This document shows positions 37,531-50,900 of a stretch of DNA of 64,000 bases, one piece after another; the stretch's first letter is position 1, and each line of letters opens with the position of its first letter. The position numbers and the translations under genes were made by a program. The stretch is taken from assembly GCF_009834535.1 (NCBI RefSeq), contig NC_045696.1:620001-684000 (forward strand). The letters are read 5' to 3'. This DNA is from Camelus ferus. Its lineage: Eukaryota. The notes beneath the pieces are model-generated. The model was given only the letters and a program-made list of their open reading frames with translations. It did not search any database and was not told where the DNA came from.

Positions 37531-40500
37531 AGCATGGGACCCTGAGAAGGGGGAAGGAATAAGAGGGAGGGTCAGCCTCTGACTCTGATACTGGCAGAAA
37601 CTTCCCAGATCAGACCTGTCTGCAGAGCTCCATGTGGTGGAATTTAAGGTTCTGCAAGAAGTAGCTGCAGGAGCCTCCCTGGGCTAATTATTATACTGGC
37701 ATTTTCTAAGGTATGGCTTGGTCAGGTTGGCAAGTAGATGGAGACAATAGAAATTCCGGGGTCTGGATGTGTGTGGCAGCTCCTGTTGGGGGCCAGCCCT
37801 TAGCGCCTCTGGCAGACGAGCACATCATTCTCTGGTCACTGGGACCACACACAGTGGCCTAAAGTCTTGAGTCTGAAATGACCCTTTTCCTTATCACTGA
37901 TCTGGAAGGAGGCAACTTTAAACAGATGAAATCAATGGACATCTGTTGGCCAACTTCCCAAGCATGCCTCCAAGTGTGCTGGGCAGTTCACACCCCTGAT
38001 AAGGGCGGGGCCGGGGTGGGCCTCAGGTCAGGGAAGGCGCACAGTTGCAGCCAATGGTGAGCTGGTCCAAGCAGAGCAGAGGGTTAGCAGATGCGATGCA
38101 GTCAAGTGGCCTTTAAAGATGTGGCCCAGAGCCATTGCTCCCTGCTACTATCCTGTCACAGACCACCCCCTTCCCTGGGCCCAGCCTGTCTCTGGCACTG
38201 GGGGCACTGAGGGTTTGCTGGTGAGTCTGCCTGGACATGAATAGGTGTCTGGCTAGATGAGGACAGGCGGGGACCAGAGGGGACTGACAGAGCAGGAGGA
38301 GGGGTGGGGCAAAGGCAAAGGTGGAGGCTGTTGGAGAGGATACCCCAACCCAGGTGAAGATTTTAGAGACAGAGCTGCTCTGGGAGATTCCAGAATTTGG
38401 GTGGGACCTCTGAGTAGGTGCAGATGTCTAAGAGGGGGCTTGGCTACAGCACAAACGATCAGGAAGCTGGAGGCCCAGGGGACAGCAGGGTGGCCCACCT
38501 AGGGCAGGTGCTCTCCTTGGATGCTGGCTTGAGGGCAGGGTGCAGGGAGGCCCCAGGCTGGGGGGCCAGTGGCACATGGGGTTCCCTGGGGTTGGGGCTG
38601 GTGGGGAGAATGGAGGGTTGGGATCCACACTGTGGAGTTGGCACTGGGGCTGAGTGTGGACTGGGCTATGCTGCGAGTGGCGGGGCTGGGACAGAGGCGA
38701 CAGGGGCAGGGCTCAGCACGTATTTCTACCACGCACATGCAGATGCAAAGCCCGCGCAGAGCAAGATGTCTGGAAAATGAAGTCACGAGATGAGGACGGG
38801 GGTGCATTGAGTGTTCACTAAGTTTGCTTTTAATACAATTTTTTGACTTGTAAGTTTATATGATTTGATTTTTGGTCATGGCTGTGTTTAGTAACTGGCT
38901 CTCAAAATTCCTGAAAACGTGTCAGCCTCTGCTCGGGCTCCGGTGCACGGCTGGGTGGGGGTGCCATGGAGGAGGACTGTCATGGGGTCAGGGGAGCCCT
39001 GGCTGCAGACTGAGCTGCTGGGGGGGTCAGGGTGGCTGTGCCCCAGGGGACACAAGGGGATGTGGGACTCGGGGCCTCCACTCTGCCTGTGACTCACTGG
39101 GCCCACAGCCGGGTCTGGGCCACTTGCTTCCTCTTGACTCACAGGTTGGCTGCTGCCGCCTCCAGGTTGTTTCAGATCTGCGGGACGTGGCTTAATACTG
39201 GCACCCCAGTTCCTCTCCGGGTGCCCCCCAACCACCTCCTGGTCAGAGCAGGACAGTTCTGTGTCGGCGAGGACCGCTTGGGAAGCTCTGGCGCCATCAC
39301 AGGCCACGCACTGACCACCAGCCTCACGCACTCATTCGTTTTCTCAACAACTCTCTCCGAGTGCTCAGGGTGCCCCCTCCTCTTCATGAACGGCACCTTT
39401 GGGGGCAAGACCCAGTCTGACTGAACCCCCCTCCAGCCGCAGGTGACCGGGCCGTCCACAGTCCGCAGTCCCCGGGCCGCGCGGCTGGGCAGGGAGCAGC
39501 CTCGGGCACAGAAGCCCTGGGTGCCCTCACCAGTGTCCGCGTCACCCTGCGAGGCTGTGGACTGTCTCCAGCCCCACCTGTGCTCCCCGTGTGCATTTAA
39601 ACACTTGTTCTGAGCGGTAGTCTCGCTTTATTTTGTTTTTAGCAAAGTGTTTTTGATCAGCATATGACACTCCAGGCAGGTTATTCAAAGTTGGACCACT
39701 CTGGCTTGGGTCCTGGCTCCTCCAGGCTGGAGGGGGGAGTTTGGGCACATTTTCAGCTATTCTGACAGCAAGTCAGGGACAGTGCTCACCCGGAGGTTGT
39801 GGAAGGAGTGAACGAGTGAAAAAGGAAAGCCGCCTTTGGGGAGAAGATGATTCTTGCACGTTGACAATGAGAGTTGGTGTCTTAACTCAAGGACATCTCT
39901 CAGCTGGTGATTTTCCGGGTGTTTGAGGGTCCCCTCTCCGGACCCCTGGGAGAACCCCGAGACCGGCCGTTGGTGGCAGAGGAGGTCCAGCCCCAGCGCC
40001 CTCTCCTTGCCCCGAAGAAGGAGGCAGCCTGGGATTCGCTCGGCCAGTCGGGAAGATCCTGTCTATCTCTCGAGGACTGAGGGCACCTCCGCCTGGAGGC
40101 AGGGCTGTCGTCTGGGTTGCGGCGCCCAGGCGGCCAGCTGGTGCCACTCCCTGGTGGGCGGGCCGCCAGCCTGTCACTGGGAGCAATCCTCTCGTCGTCC
40201 CACCTGCCCCTGCTCCCTGCCCCGGGGCTCACTCGGGGCTGGGGGATCACCGGGAGACACCCCTCCCCCGTGGACGGCACGCTCCAGGGGCCCCCCCCCA
40301 CCCCAGCTCCCTTCTCTCTCTGGCTTCTCCCTCCCAATCTCTGCTCTTCATCCCGTGTCAATACTTGAGTTTGTTTCTCTTCATCGGCCCTCATGGTCCT
40401 GTCTCTACGGCCAGCCTCCTTTTCTCCTGGGCAAACCACCGAAATCCTCAGAATACCCCTAGTCCAGGGCCGGGACGCCTTGGCCCCTCTCCTTCGCAGA

Positions 40501-41714
40501 GCCGCAGGCCGAGCGTGGGAGTGTTGCCCGGAGCTGTCGGGGGCGTGATGGAAGCCATCTGGGGCCCCGTCCAGGCCAAGAGACCGCCCTCTTAACCGCA
40601 GCTTTCTGTGGAAGTTGAAGGCTCAGTGGGACAGTGCCCGGAGCAGGCTGTGGTTTGGAAACCTGGAGGCGTGTGGCAGATGATTCCAGAGTCTGTTTAT
40701 CTGAGCTCCATCCTTTTAAGGCCCTGGGCCTTCTCTGAGCCGCCCCAAGGACCAGAGCCGAGGGGCCGCCTGCAGAGCCGAGGAAACTGCCCCGCCGGAA
40801 CCTGCGTCAGCTGAGCCGGTCCTGCAGCTCACACAGAGGAGGGGCTGGTGGTCACCCAGGCCCCGAGCTCCCCACTCAGCCCGGCCAGCGCCAGCAGTTA
40901 CAAGCAGTGGTTTGCTAGGTGCCCCTCACTGGCCGCCCCCTGTCCCTGGGACAAAACTCCACCAGGCTCACTTCTTCACCCCCTCTGACTCCCCCGCCGC
41001 CATGCTCCCTGCTCGGATTCTGTGTCCAGAACTAGACTTGGCTAGTCCCTCCAGTGCCCGGCACTCCTGCCTGTCCTCTGTGTGGTCTGGACCAGTCCTC
41101 CCTCCACTTCCTTCACTCTGGGAGCCACTGTCTTCAGTCCCAGGCTTGCCCTGTGCCTGGCCTCAGTTTTCTGATTTGCTGTCTTGGGGGGAAGCCACAT
41201 TGACAGGCACAAGATGAAACCATTCCATTAGGACAAAACTACTTTAAGGCCGGCAGGTGCTGGGGCGGTCAGCCGGGCCCAGGAAGGATGCGCTGGGGCC
41301 GCACCTGCTGCGCAGGGCGTCTTCTGGGGGCTTTCTTGGTCAGCCCTTATTGCAGAAAACCAAGTCCAAGTCCCTTCTAGGTCTGGTTGGTGGAAATCCT
41401 CACAAACTTTCCTGCATAAAATCCCATTCAAAACTCCAAAAACACTAAGACACTCCTCCTGCTGGGCCGGCAGGCCACACAGAACGCCCCAGTGACTCTA
41501 AGAGCCCTTACTTCGTGAGGCAGACGGACACTCTCCACACAGCTGGCTCTACAGTGTGGCGAACCACCTGGGCTTTGACTTGGATTTCTTTTCCATTGGA
41601 TTCTTACAATTTTTATTTAAAAATTTTCAGGCAGCAGCAAATGCATAAAACTCTGTGACCCCCACTGCAGTCAGGATGCAGGAAGTTCCATCATCCCTGA
41701 GATTCCCCTTAAAA

Positions 41715-42215
41715 TTTATTCTTTTTCTTATTGAGTTATAGTCATTTTACAATGTTGTGTCAAATTCCAGCGTAGAGCACAATTTTTCAGTTATACACGA
41801 ACATATATACATTCATTGTCACATTTCTTTTCGCTGTGAGCCACCACAAGATCTTGTGTATATTTCCCTGTGCTATACAGTATAATCTTGCTTATCTATT
41901 CTACATTTTGAAATCCCAGTCTGTCCCTTCCCACCCCCCACCCTCTTGGCAACCACAAGTTTGTATTCTATGCCTGTGAGTCTGTTTTGGTTTTGTATTT
42001 ATGTTTTGTTTTTTTGTTTTTTTTTAGATTCCATATATGAGTGATCTCATATGGTATTTTTCTTTCTCTTTCTGGCTTACTTCACTTAGAATGACATTCT
42101 CCAGGGACATCCATGTTGCTACAAATGGCATTATTTCATTCATTTTTATGGCTGGGTTGTATTCCATTGTATAAATATACCACATCTTCTTTATCCAGTC
42201 ACCTGTTGATGGACC
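41715..42215 (-). mobile_element. Young L1 3' end nested in an older L1
   Basis: Near reverse complement of 24295-24722; little divergence. Confidence 0.9.
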
Positions 42216-42232
42216 ATCAGTCTTGTTTTTAC

Positions 42233-42329
42233 TATTTGGTTTATTTATTTTAACAGAGGTACTGGGGGATTGAACCCAGGACCTCGTGCATGCTGAGCAC
42301 AGGCTCTACCACTGAGCTATACCCCCACC
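42233..42329 (-). mobile_element. tRNA-Ala-derived SINE (camelid vic-1-like)
   Basis: Minus strand gggggtatagctcagtggtagagcctgtgctcagcatgcacgaggtcctgggttcaatcccccagtacctc is close to tRNA-Ala(AGC); has A and B boxes and an (AAAT)n tail. Confidence 0.85.
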
Positions 42330-42334
42330 TAAAC

Positions 42335-42960
42335 TTTTCTATTCTTACAATTTTAGCTGCTCTGACAGGTGCCGTGGCGTCTCACGGGATCTAATGTGTG
42401 TCTCCCTGGTGACCAGTGACACGGGGCAGCTTTTCATGTGCTCACTCGCTATCGTATATGCTCTTTGGTGACATATTTTTTAAGCTCATTTTTAAAAATT
42501 GGGTTAATGGTTTTCCCAACGTGGAGTTTTGAGAGTTCTGTTTTTATTCTGGGGACGTCCCTTGTCAGTTCAGAGATTTATAATTATTTTCTTCCAGTCT
42601 GTCTTTTGCTTTTTCAGTCTCTTACTAGTGTCTTTCAGAGAGCAAAGATTTTAATTCTGATGAAGCCCAATTTATCAGTTATTTCTTTTATCGATCATGA
42701 TTTTGGTGTCATTTCTGAGGCTCGTTGCTTAACAGGAAGTTTCAAAGATTTTCTCTTGTTTTCTTCTGAAAGTCGTGCAGTTTTGGGTTCTGTCTTTCGG
42801 TGTATGACCTGCTGTGAGTTTGTCTTTGTGTGAGGTGTGAGGCTCAGGTTGAACACTTCCTTCTTCTTTTTTTTTTTTTTGCACAGAAATGATTAGTTGC
42901 TCCAGCGCCATTTACTGGAAAGGGGGTGCTTCCTCTGCTGAGCTGTGCTTTCATCTCTCT
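42335..42960 (-). mobile_element. Old L1 ORF2/3' fragment
   Basis: 'cttttcatgtgctcactcgctatcgtatatgctctttggtga' and 'tttttaattctgatgaagcccaatttatcag'. Confidence 0.8.
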
Positions 42961-43929
42961 CAAATGTTTCGCTTTTCTTTCTCCCTCAGTAGAGCGTAAA
43001 CCAGTCAAGGGCAGTGCCTAACTCTGGTAACTCTGAATGGCAGTGATGGTTGTGGCACTGATGCTGTGGTATAAATGATGACAAGATTTTTAAAAAACTA
43101 ATTTTTATTGGTTCTTAAAAGTTATGGATACACAATTAAGGTCTTGAAAGTTAGAAAATGTAAATTAAGCTATTGAAGTGTAGTTGATTTACAGTGTTAG
43201 TTTCAGGTGTGCAGCAAAGTGATTCAGTTGTACGTATATGTACGTACAATATATGTTTTCTTTTCAGATAAATGTTTCAATTTTTCAAGTAGAGATGGAA
43301 GTCTGAGGACAAGCTTCTAGGAGGCCTGAGTCTAGGCACAGTTGTATGTCCCTCCCTGGTCAGCAGAGGATGGTCCCACCCTGCCTGCACCTCCAGCGGC
43401 CTTGGAACTTGGGGGTAGGCCTCTGGGTTGCCTCACATTTCCAGCTCCACCTTCCTCTCAGCCCAGACCCTCCGGGCCAGGGTCCTCCTGCGTCTGCGTC
43501 CAGGCAGCAGGCCCTTCTCCGGGAGCCTTTCCCCAACCCACCTCTGCCAACAGGGAGCCTGGCCTCACTCGGCCTGGGGGCAGAGCCACTTCCAGGCCAT
43601 CTGAACCTGGCCATGCCGGTGAAGTCCCCACCAGGCCTCCAGTACTGCCCTCAGCATGGGCGACTCCCTCCCTGTGTCACTGCCGGGGTCCCCACTGGTG
43701 GGTCCCCACCATTTACAAAGCGTAGGCCGTGTGGTCACCTCTGTGAAGGCCTCACTCCCCCACCAGGGAATGTCTCCTTGTGCTGAGGGCTTTCCTGTAG
43801 CATTGGACGTTCACATTACCTCCAAAATTTGAGTAAATATTTACATTTAAGACTAACTCACTGGTAAATATTCCTAAAAAGAGTCACTGGCTTCCGGAGG
43901 AATGAGACTTCGTGGATGTTTGTGCCTAT

Positions 43930-44660
43930 TTTTAAATTGAGATCTAATTTCCAGTAAGAAAAGCTGCAAGTCCTGAGTGTGCAACTCCGTGAATTTTCCC
44001 TATTTGTGCTCAAATGGCACCTCCCAGACCGGGGGTTCCCCTCCCCAGCCCCAGAAGCAGCCCCTCTTCTCAATACCCTCACCCCCCTCCAGTAGCCACG
44101 GTTCTGATTTCTGTCACTGTACATCAGCTTTGCCCGTCCCACGGCCTCAGGGGAAGCATGAACTCTGGTGTCTGGACGCGCTCGGTGGTGTATTTGGGCA
44201 AGCCTGTGTTGTGTGTGCTGGTCCTTCATTCCTCTGTGTTGTTCAGCAGGTCTTCGCCCTGTGGCCCCAGTTTATCTGCTCCCTGTTGGGGACAGTTAGG
44301 CGGGAGCAGTTTGGCTGTTATGAATGGTGCTGCAGCCGAGGCGCTTGTGCAAGTCCCTGCGTGGGCGGCGGCGGCAGTTCCCGCTGTGAAATGCACAGGA
44401 GTGGGGCTGCAGGGTCACAGAGAGGAGGGTGTTCGGCTCTCCTGGATGCTGCGGAGGCAGTTTTCCAAAGTGGCTGGGTGCCCTTAGCCCTCACCAGCAA
44501 AGCCGGGGCATTCAGTTGTTCCACATCCTTTCAACACTTGGTTTAATTTTAGTCATTTGGGGGGATGCTTAGTGATAGCTCACTGTGGTTTTATTTTGTA
44601 TTTTCCTGGTAAATAATGATATGAAACACTTTTCAGATGGTTATGGGCCCTTTGGATAAC
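43930..44660 (-). mobile_element. Old L1 3' end, GC-shifted
   Basis: 'tttaaattgagatctaattt', 'cagtttggctgttatgaatggtgctgc', 'gttttccaaagtggctg', 'gctcactgtggttttattttgtattttcctg'. Confidence 0.75.
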
Positions 44661-44664
44661 TTCT

Positions 44665-44875
44665 TTGGCAATTAAAACAACACAAATGTATTATCTTGCA
44701 TTTCTACAAGTTAAAAGTCCAACGTGGGTCTCGCTGGACCAAACTTGCGGTGCGCTGTCGGAGGCTCTCGGGGAGAGTCCTTTCCCTTGCCTTTTCCAGT
44801 TTCTCGACGCTGCCCGTACTCCTTGGCTTGGAGCTTCTTTTCTCCCTCCTCAGCGGCAGCAGTGGTGGGTGATCC
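44665..44875 (-). mobile_element. MaLR LTR fragment (MLT1C/D-like)
   Basis: 'ttaaaacaacacaaatgtattatctt..ggaggctctcgggagagtcctttcccttgccttttccagtttct'. Confidence 0.75.
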
Positions 44876-45729
44876 CAGAGCTTGGGTAACAAGGTTCTGT
44901 GGGAGCAGGTTTTAATGACAGAGGGAGAGTGATTGCGGGGGCCAGAGCTCAGAATTCCCATTCTAGCTTGCCTGGCCAGCCAGAAAAGCTGCCTGACAAT
45001 GGAGCTGGCTGTCCACACTGGTTAGGCAGACTCAGAGATGTCTTTAGAAGTGTTTCGTCAAGGGTAAGCGAGACTCCTCCTTCCCTAACCCCCCACTGCT
45101 CCTCCGCTGCCCTGGCTGTCTTGGTGTTCTCCTCGTAGACCTTGCTGTGAGGAATCAGAAGTCAGAGGACAGAAAACGATGAGAAGAAAGGGACTCGGGC
45201 CCATGTCAGCTCCTGTCTCGTGACGCCCCGTGGAAGTTGCAGAAGTGACAATGGGAAAGGCAGAATAAGCACTTCTGAAAGTCTTCTATTTCATAAAGGC
45301 AATACGAACACTGGCAAAAAGGTCAAAATGAAGTTTTAAAGATCTCTGGAAATTGACAAAAAGCTTGCAAAATATGAGAAATGTTTATCCAGGCAAGATC
45401 ACTCAGTCTCAGTAAGAACAGGGGTGCTGTGGAGTTTTGTCTGCCCGGTTCCCATCTGCTCCTTCCCAGCAATAATGCTGAAACCCAGCAGCCCAGCAGC
45501 CACTGGAAGGGGAGTGATAGGTTTGGACATCCCCCTAAATATTGTTCTTAGAGAATTCTCATTATGTGCTCTGTCTGGCAGTTCCCCATTTATAGGGTTT
45601 GTCTTTAACTGTTCTGACTTAAACCTTGTACAGTGAAAACAGCCTTTTGCTTAAGGGCATTTGTTGAAAACAATCAGTGACAATTATTTAACATCCCAGG
45701 TGGCTGAGGAGACAAAAAAAGAAATTGAC

Positions 45730-46212
45730 TGTTGTGGGCTGAATAGTGGTGCCCCCCAATACATATATGTCCTAACCCCCAGAACCTGTGCTTACGTTAG
45801 GTTACACAGCAAAAGGGCACTGAGGTTCCAGGTGGAATTAAGGTTGCTATTCAGCTAACCTTCAGATAGGAATATCATCTTTGATTGTCAGGGTGGTCCC
45901 AGTGCAATCACAGGGGTCCATAAAAGTGAAAGAGGGAGGCAGAAGCATCAGAGTTGAAGAGACATTTGAAGATGCTATGTTGCTGGCTTTGAAGATGAAG
46001 GAAGGGAGATATGGGTCAAGGAAAATGAGTGGCCTCTAGAAGCGGAAAGGGCAAGGAAACACATTCTCTAGAAGGAATGCAGCTCTGTCGACACCTTGAT
46101 TTTTAGGGAGATCCATTTAAGACTTCTGACCTCCATAACTGTAAGATAATAGATTTTTGTGTTGTTTTAAATTTGTGGTATTTTGTTAGAGCAACAATAA
46201 TAAACTAATACA
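45730..46212 (+). mobile_element. Near full-length MaLR solo LTR (MLT1D-like)
   Basis: TG...CA termini 'tgttgtgggctgaatagtgg' ... 'aaactaataca'; internal 'gacttctgacctccataactgtaagataata'. Confidence 0.9.
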
Positions 46213-46529
46213 GGGGTTTGGGAATAACCAGCTACAATTGTGAATTTATCTATTTTTCCTTTCAGTTTTTTTGCTTTACATATTTTGCAGCTCCGTTGAT
46301 GCATACACACTTAGAACTGTGATGTCTTCTCAGTGGACTGACCCTTTCATCATCATGTAATGTCCCTCTCTGTTGGTTATTTTCTTTGTTCTAAAGCCTA
46401 CTTTATCTGATATTAATATAGCCACTCTTTCCTTTAATTGATATTTGCATGATATATCTTTAACCATCCTTTAACTTTCAACCTGCCTATATCATTATAT
46501 TTGAAGTGAGTTTCTGTGGACAAGATATG

Positions 46530-47950
46530 GAAGAAGTAAAATTTCTCTATTTGCAATTGGCATAATTCTGTATATAGAAAAATCTAAAGAACCCACAAAA
46601 AACTATAAGAATTAATAAACAAATTTAGCAAGGTGACAAGATACAAGATTCATATACAAAAATCAACTGTGTTTCTATACACCAGCAATAAACAATTTGA
46701 AATGAAGTTAAGAAAACAATTTCATTTACAATAGCATCAAAAAGAATAAAATACTTAGGAATAAATACAATAAAAGAAGTGAATGGCTTATACACCAGAA
46801 ATTACAAAATATTATAGAAAGAAATTAAAGAAGATGCAAGTAAATGGAAAGACATCCTATGTACATGGATTAGAAGACATAATATTGTTGAGGGCAATAC
46901 TTCCCAAACTGATCTAAGGATTGATCAAAATCTCTATTAAAATCCCATCTGGCTTTTTTTTTTTTTTTGGCAGAAATTGACAGGTTGGTCCTAAAATTCA
47001 TATAGAAATTCAAATCATATATATGATAAGGCACTCATATCCAGACTGTATAAAGAACTCTTAAAACTCTATAATAAAAAGACAACCCGATTAAAAAGTA
47101 GACCAAGAACTTGCATTGACATTTCTCCAAAGAAGACATACAAATGGCTAACAGTACATGAAGAAATACTCAATATTATTAGTCATTAAGGAAACGTAAA
47201 TCAAAACCACCATGAGATACCATTTCACACTGACTAAGATGGCCAGGATGAAAGACACGGGTATCGTTAAGTGTGAGACAGGATGGAGAACTATTAGAAG
47301 CCTCATGTGTTGCTGCTGAGAATGAAAATGGCAGAGCCACTTGGGAGAACAGTTCCTCAAAAAGTTAAACGTAGAGTCGCACAAGATTCAGCAACTCTGC
47401 TCCTCGGAACACACCCAAGAGAACTGAAAACAAAGAACCCACAGCAACTTGTGCACAGAGGCTTATGGCAGCGTTACTCATAATAGCTCCAAAGTGGAAA
47501 CAGCCCATACGTCCCTCAGTCAGTGATAAACAAAAGGCGGTGTATCTGCACAGTGACGTATTATTCAGCCATAAAAAGGGGGGAAGTACTGAGCCAGGCT
47601 ACAACATGAGTGAGCCATGAAAACGCCACGCTCAGTGAAGGGAGTCAGCCACAGGAAGCCACATACTGTGTGATTCCATGTGCACGAGGCGTCCAGAACA
47701 GGGAAACCCACAGAGACAGAAAGCAGATGAACAGTTGCGGGGCACTGGTGGAGGGGAATGGGCGTGGCTGCTACAGTATAGGGCTTCATTTTGGAGTGAC
47801 GAAAATATTCTGGCATTAGATAGTGGTGATGGTGCACATGGCTGTGAATGTACTGAAACCACTGAAGTTTACACTTTAAATGGTGGCCTTTATGGTATGT
47901 GGATATATCAAAAAATTACTGTATTCCTGGCTTTAAAAAAAAGAAAGAAA
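46530..47950 (+). mobile_element. L1MB-like ORF2 (RT) to 3' end, with internal deletion and A tail
   Basis: 'aatttagcaaggtgacaagatacaagatt', 'aaatggaaagacatcctatgtacatggattagaagacataatattgtt', 3' UTR 'tagtggtgatggtgcacatggctgtgaatgtact'. Confidence 0.9.
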
Positions 47951-50900
47951 AGAGGAAAAATTTGCACACGTCCTCAGAAAATGTGGAAAAGTCTACAGAG
48001 TTCTTGTGTACACGTAGCTGTGGACAGGACCTTCTCTGTTTGCTGCACATATGGTAGCAAAGCACAGCAGAAAATTGTGGAACAACTCATGAATCATAAA
48101 TACAACTTACATTATGGAAAATCGCATTTCCAGAATTAACTAGTGACACAGTTTCTTTTGGGACATCCTTATTTCTTTTCCAGTTACTATGTGCTTTCAG
48201 ATCAATTTCCAAATGTTTTCTTTAATTTTCTCTAAGCTTAACTTAGTGTGTGTAATGGAGGTTATAAACTAAATGAAGTTCATTTGTGACTCTAAAAAGG
48301 TCATCCACCAACCCATAAATCACCCGTTAAGACCACGCAGCGCCCAGCACAGCCACGTGTGACACTTCTGTGCATAACCGGCCACAATGTTTTCTATCCG
48401 CACGTACACCCAGATGTCTACACAGTGTTTCTAAAAGCGGGGTCCCCTGCAGGCACCTGTTTCTAACTTGCTTTTCCCCTCAGGTATCAATATAATATAC
48501 ACCACTTTTGTTTCAATAAATATGTGTTGCTGTTTAAAAAAATAAAAATGAAAAAGTACAGAGTGCACTGTCCCAGGACAAGAACCACAGCTGGAAGAAG
48601 GTGCCCCCTCTTCTCACCCTGACGGACCTCAGTCTGCAAACGGAGGACAGATGTGCAAGGGAAGTGGGGCCCCGAGGGAGGGGCCAGCCCCAGGGAGGCA
48701 GGGCTGACAGCCCTGGGGGATCAGCCAGGAGGGACGGTGGTCTTGGGACTGCAGCAGGTTGGCGGGTCTCCGGGTGCCTGGGGCTCTGCCTCTGCGCCGT
48801 GCGTGGACGGGAAGGAGCCCGCTTTACGCTCCAGATTGCTCTAGTGTGAGGGCAAAGCACTTCATTTCTTCATTTTTCACAAGCTGGGAGGATTAAAATC
48901 TTATCAAAACAGAAAAAAGAGCAACATTAGTCACAGGACGGGGCCCAGATGTGTTGTCTGTGCCCACGTGCGCGAGGAGGGCCTTGAGAGACTCGCGGCT
49001 CACCAGCGGGACCCTGAGCTCCCGGCAGCCGCCGCCGGGGGCGGCCCTGCTCGGACGCCCAGTGACGGGGTTCTGCCCCGAGGGCTTTGTGTCGCCCCCC
49101 AGGCGGACTCACCAGCCCCGCCAGGCCCCTCATGCTCGGCTCAGAGGGGAGGTGGGGGCACGGCCAGTGCGAGGTCCGGGAGGTCTCAGCACGTCGCTCA
49201 TGGCGTGTGCGTGTGCGCACGTGTGCCTGTAAGACAGAGGCTGGATACAGAGAACCACTGAGGCAGACAGATGGAGGGCCAGGGGGTGCCGGTCCTGTGG
49301 GAAGACCTGTTCGGCTGCTCAGGGTCCCAGTGAGAGCACAGACAGGCGGGTCCCGGGTGCGGTTGTCTGGGTCCACAATGAACCATGGAACCCTTGCCTT
49401 GCCTCACAATACAATCAACACATGTATGTTGGTGACCCGATGGTGACCCTCAGTCCTCGGAGGTGCCTGCGGATCATGGCTGTGGGTGGCAGAAGGGTTC
49501 CGGGTCCGACTGCCCGGTCCCCTCCCCTGACGTCCATGGCCCCCAGCACTGGTCCCGGCGGACACCAGTGAGGGGTAAGGGGAGGACCCCCCAGCAGGAC
49601 TGCTCACCTGACGTGTGCCGGCCTCTTTGCCTTGGTTTCTGTTCTGGGAGGGACCATGACAGCATGCCCCACCCCACCTTGGTCCTGGCACTCAGAAGCC
49701 TTCCCATGGCTCCCACCCCTGCTGTCTGTGTTGTTACTATTACTCCCATGGCCACCAAGCCAGGTGACCCCTTCCGGTGTCATTGAGGCCTAGAAATGAC
49801 CTGCCTAGTGGGCCTCGAGGCTTATGCATTGCCCAGGGCAGATCCTCACCGTCCCCTGACCCCTCCCAGCCTTCCGGCCTCTCCTCTGGGCTGCCCTGGT
49901 CCTGGGCTCCAGACAGGATCTCGAGGCCTCCCCAGGGTGCCAAATTGCTATGTGGTTTGGGGAAATCGCAACTCCCCCAGGAAGGGCGTCCTCATCCCGC
50001 CAGGGGAGGGCTGATGGGGCCGGGTACCAGCCCGTTTACTCTGTGTGGACCCAGCAGATGTGCAGGCTCAAATCAGGGCCCACGGGGAGACGTTTTGCTC
50101 CAGGAACATGCGCGGGGCCGTCCTGACGGAGGCCTCCCCTCTGCTGAAAGCCCGTGGTTCCCAGCAGACCCGGGATCTGAGCCCGCCAGCTGCGGCTGGA
50201 GCTACGGGTGACCCCTTCCCGGAGCTCAAGTCGGGGCGATCTGCATCTGCACCTCCGAGTCTGACTGCGGCGGCTTCCAGGAAGGCAGAAGGTCCTCATC
50301 GCCAGACACTCCATCTGGACGAGCCCGCCCCCGAGGCTGCGAGGCCCAGGGCAGGAAGCTCCAGCTGGAACCTGGGGGGAGGCGTGGGAGCGGCGCAGGC
50401 CCAGCTCCTGCTGTGAGCCCCCATCCTCTCTCCCTGAAGGTCCCTGATGGGCGACGTAGGGCCTGGACTCTGGATGGTGGCTGTGCGGTGGGAAGGCAGC
50501 TGGCTGAGGTGCACCCCCCTCAGCCCCAGCTGAGTCTCAGGACTGAGCTCTGCACCCCCGCCTGGCTGCTCCCCATCTCCTCGTCCCCTGGGTGCGTCCC
50601 AGGCGGGACTTGGCAGACCCCCAACTCGCCCCATTTCCTCTCTTCTGCTTCAGAACTCCTGCAGATTTCTTCTCCTCAGCGGGTTTGTTTGGAGCCGCCT
50701 GATGTTACAGGGAAGGAATGATTCACAGCTGCCCTTGGGTCCTGAGCCAGCAACGCGGGGAGAGGCCTCGATCCCCCGGGGGGGTCCTCTTGTCCCGAGG
50801 GTGAGCAAGAGTGGGGGTGGGGTGGGGGCTGAGCACGGGGACCCAGATCCCAGTGCCAGGGGTCCCTCCCCCAGCAGGGCCTCGCGGAGATGGGCGGCCG

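Noticed and set aside
38805..38955. AT-rich island in GC-rich DNA, considered as a conserved element
   Set aside because: Resembles a MER63/hAT-Blackjack remnant; too weak to list as a feature
50045..50416. 123-aa CpG-rich ORF
   Set aside because: GTG start, low-complexity composition, overlapping ORFs of similar length in other frames
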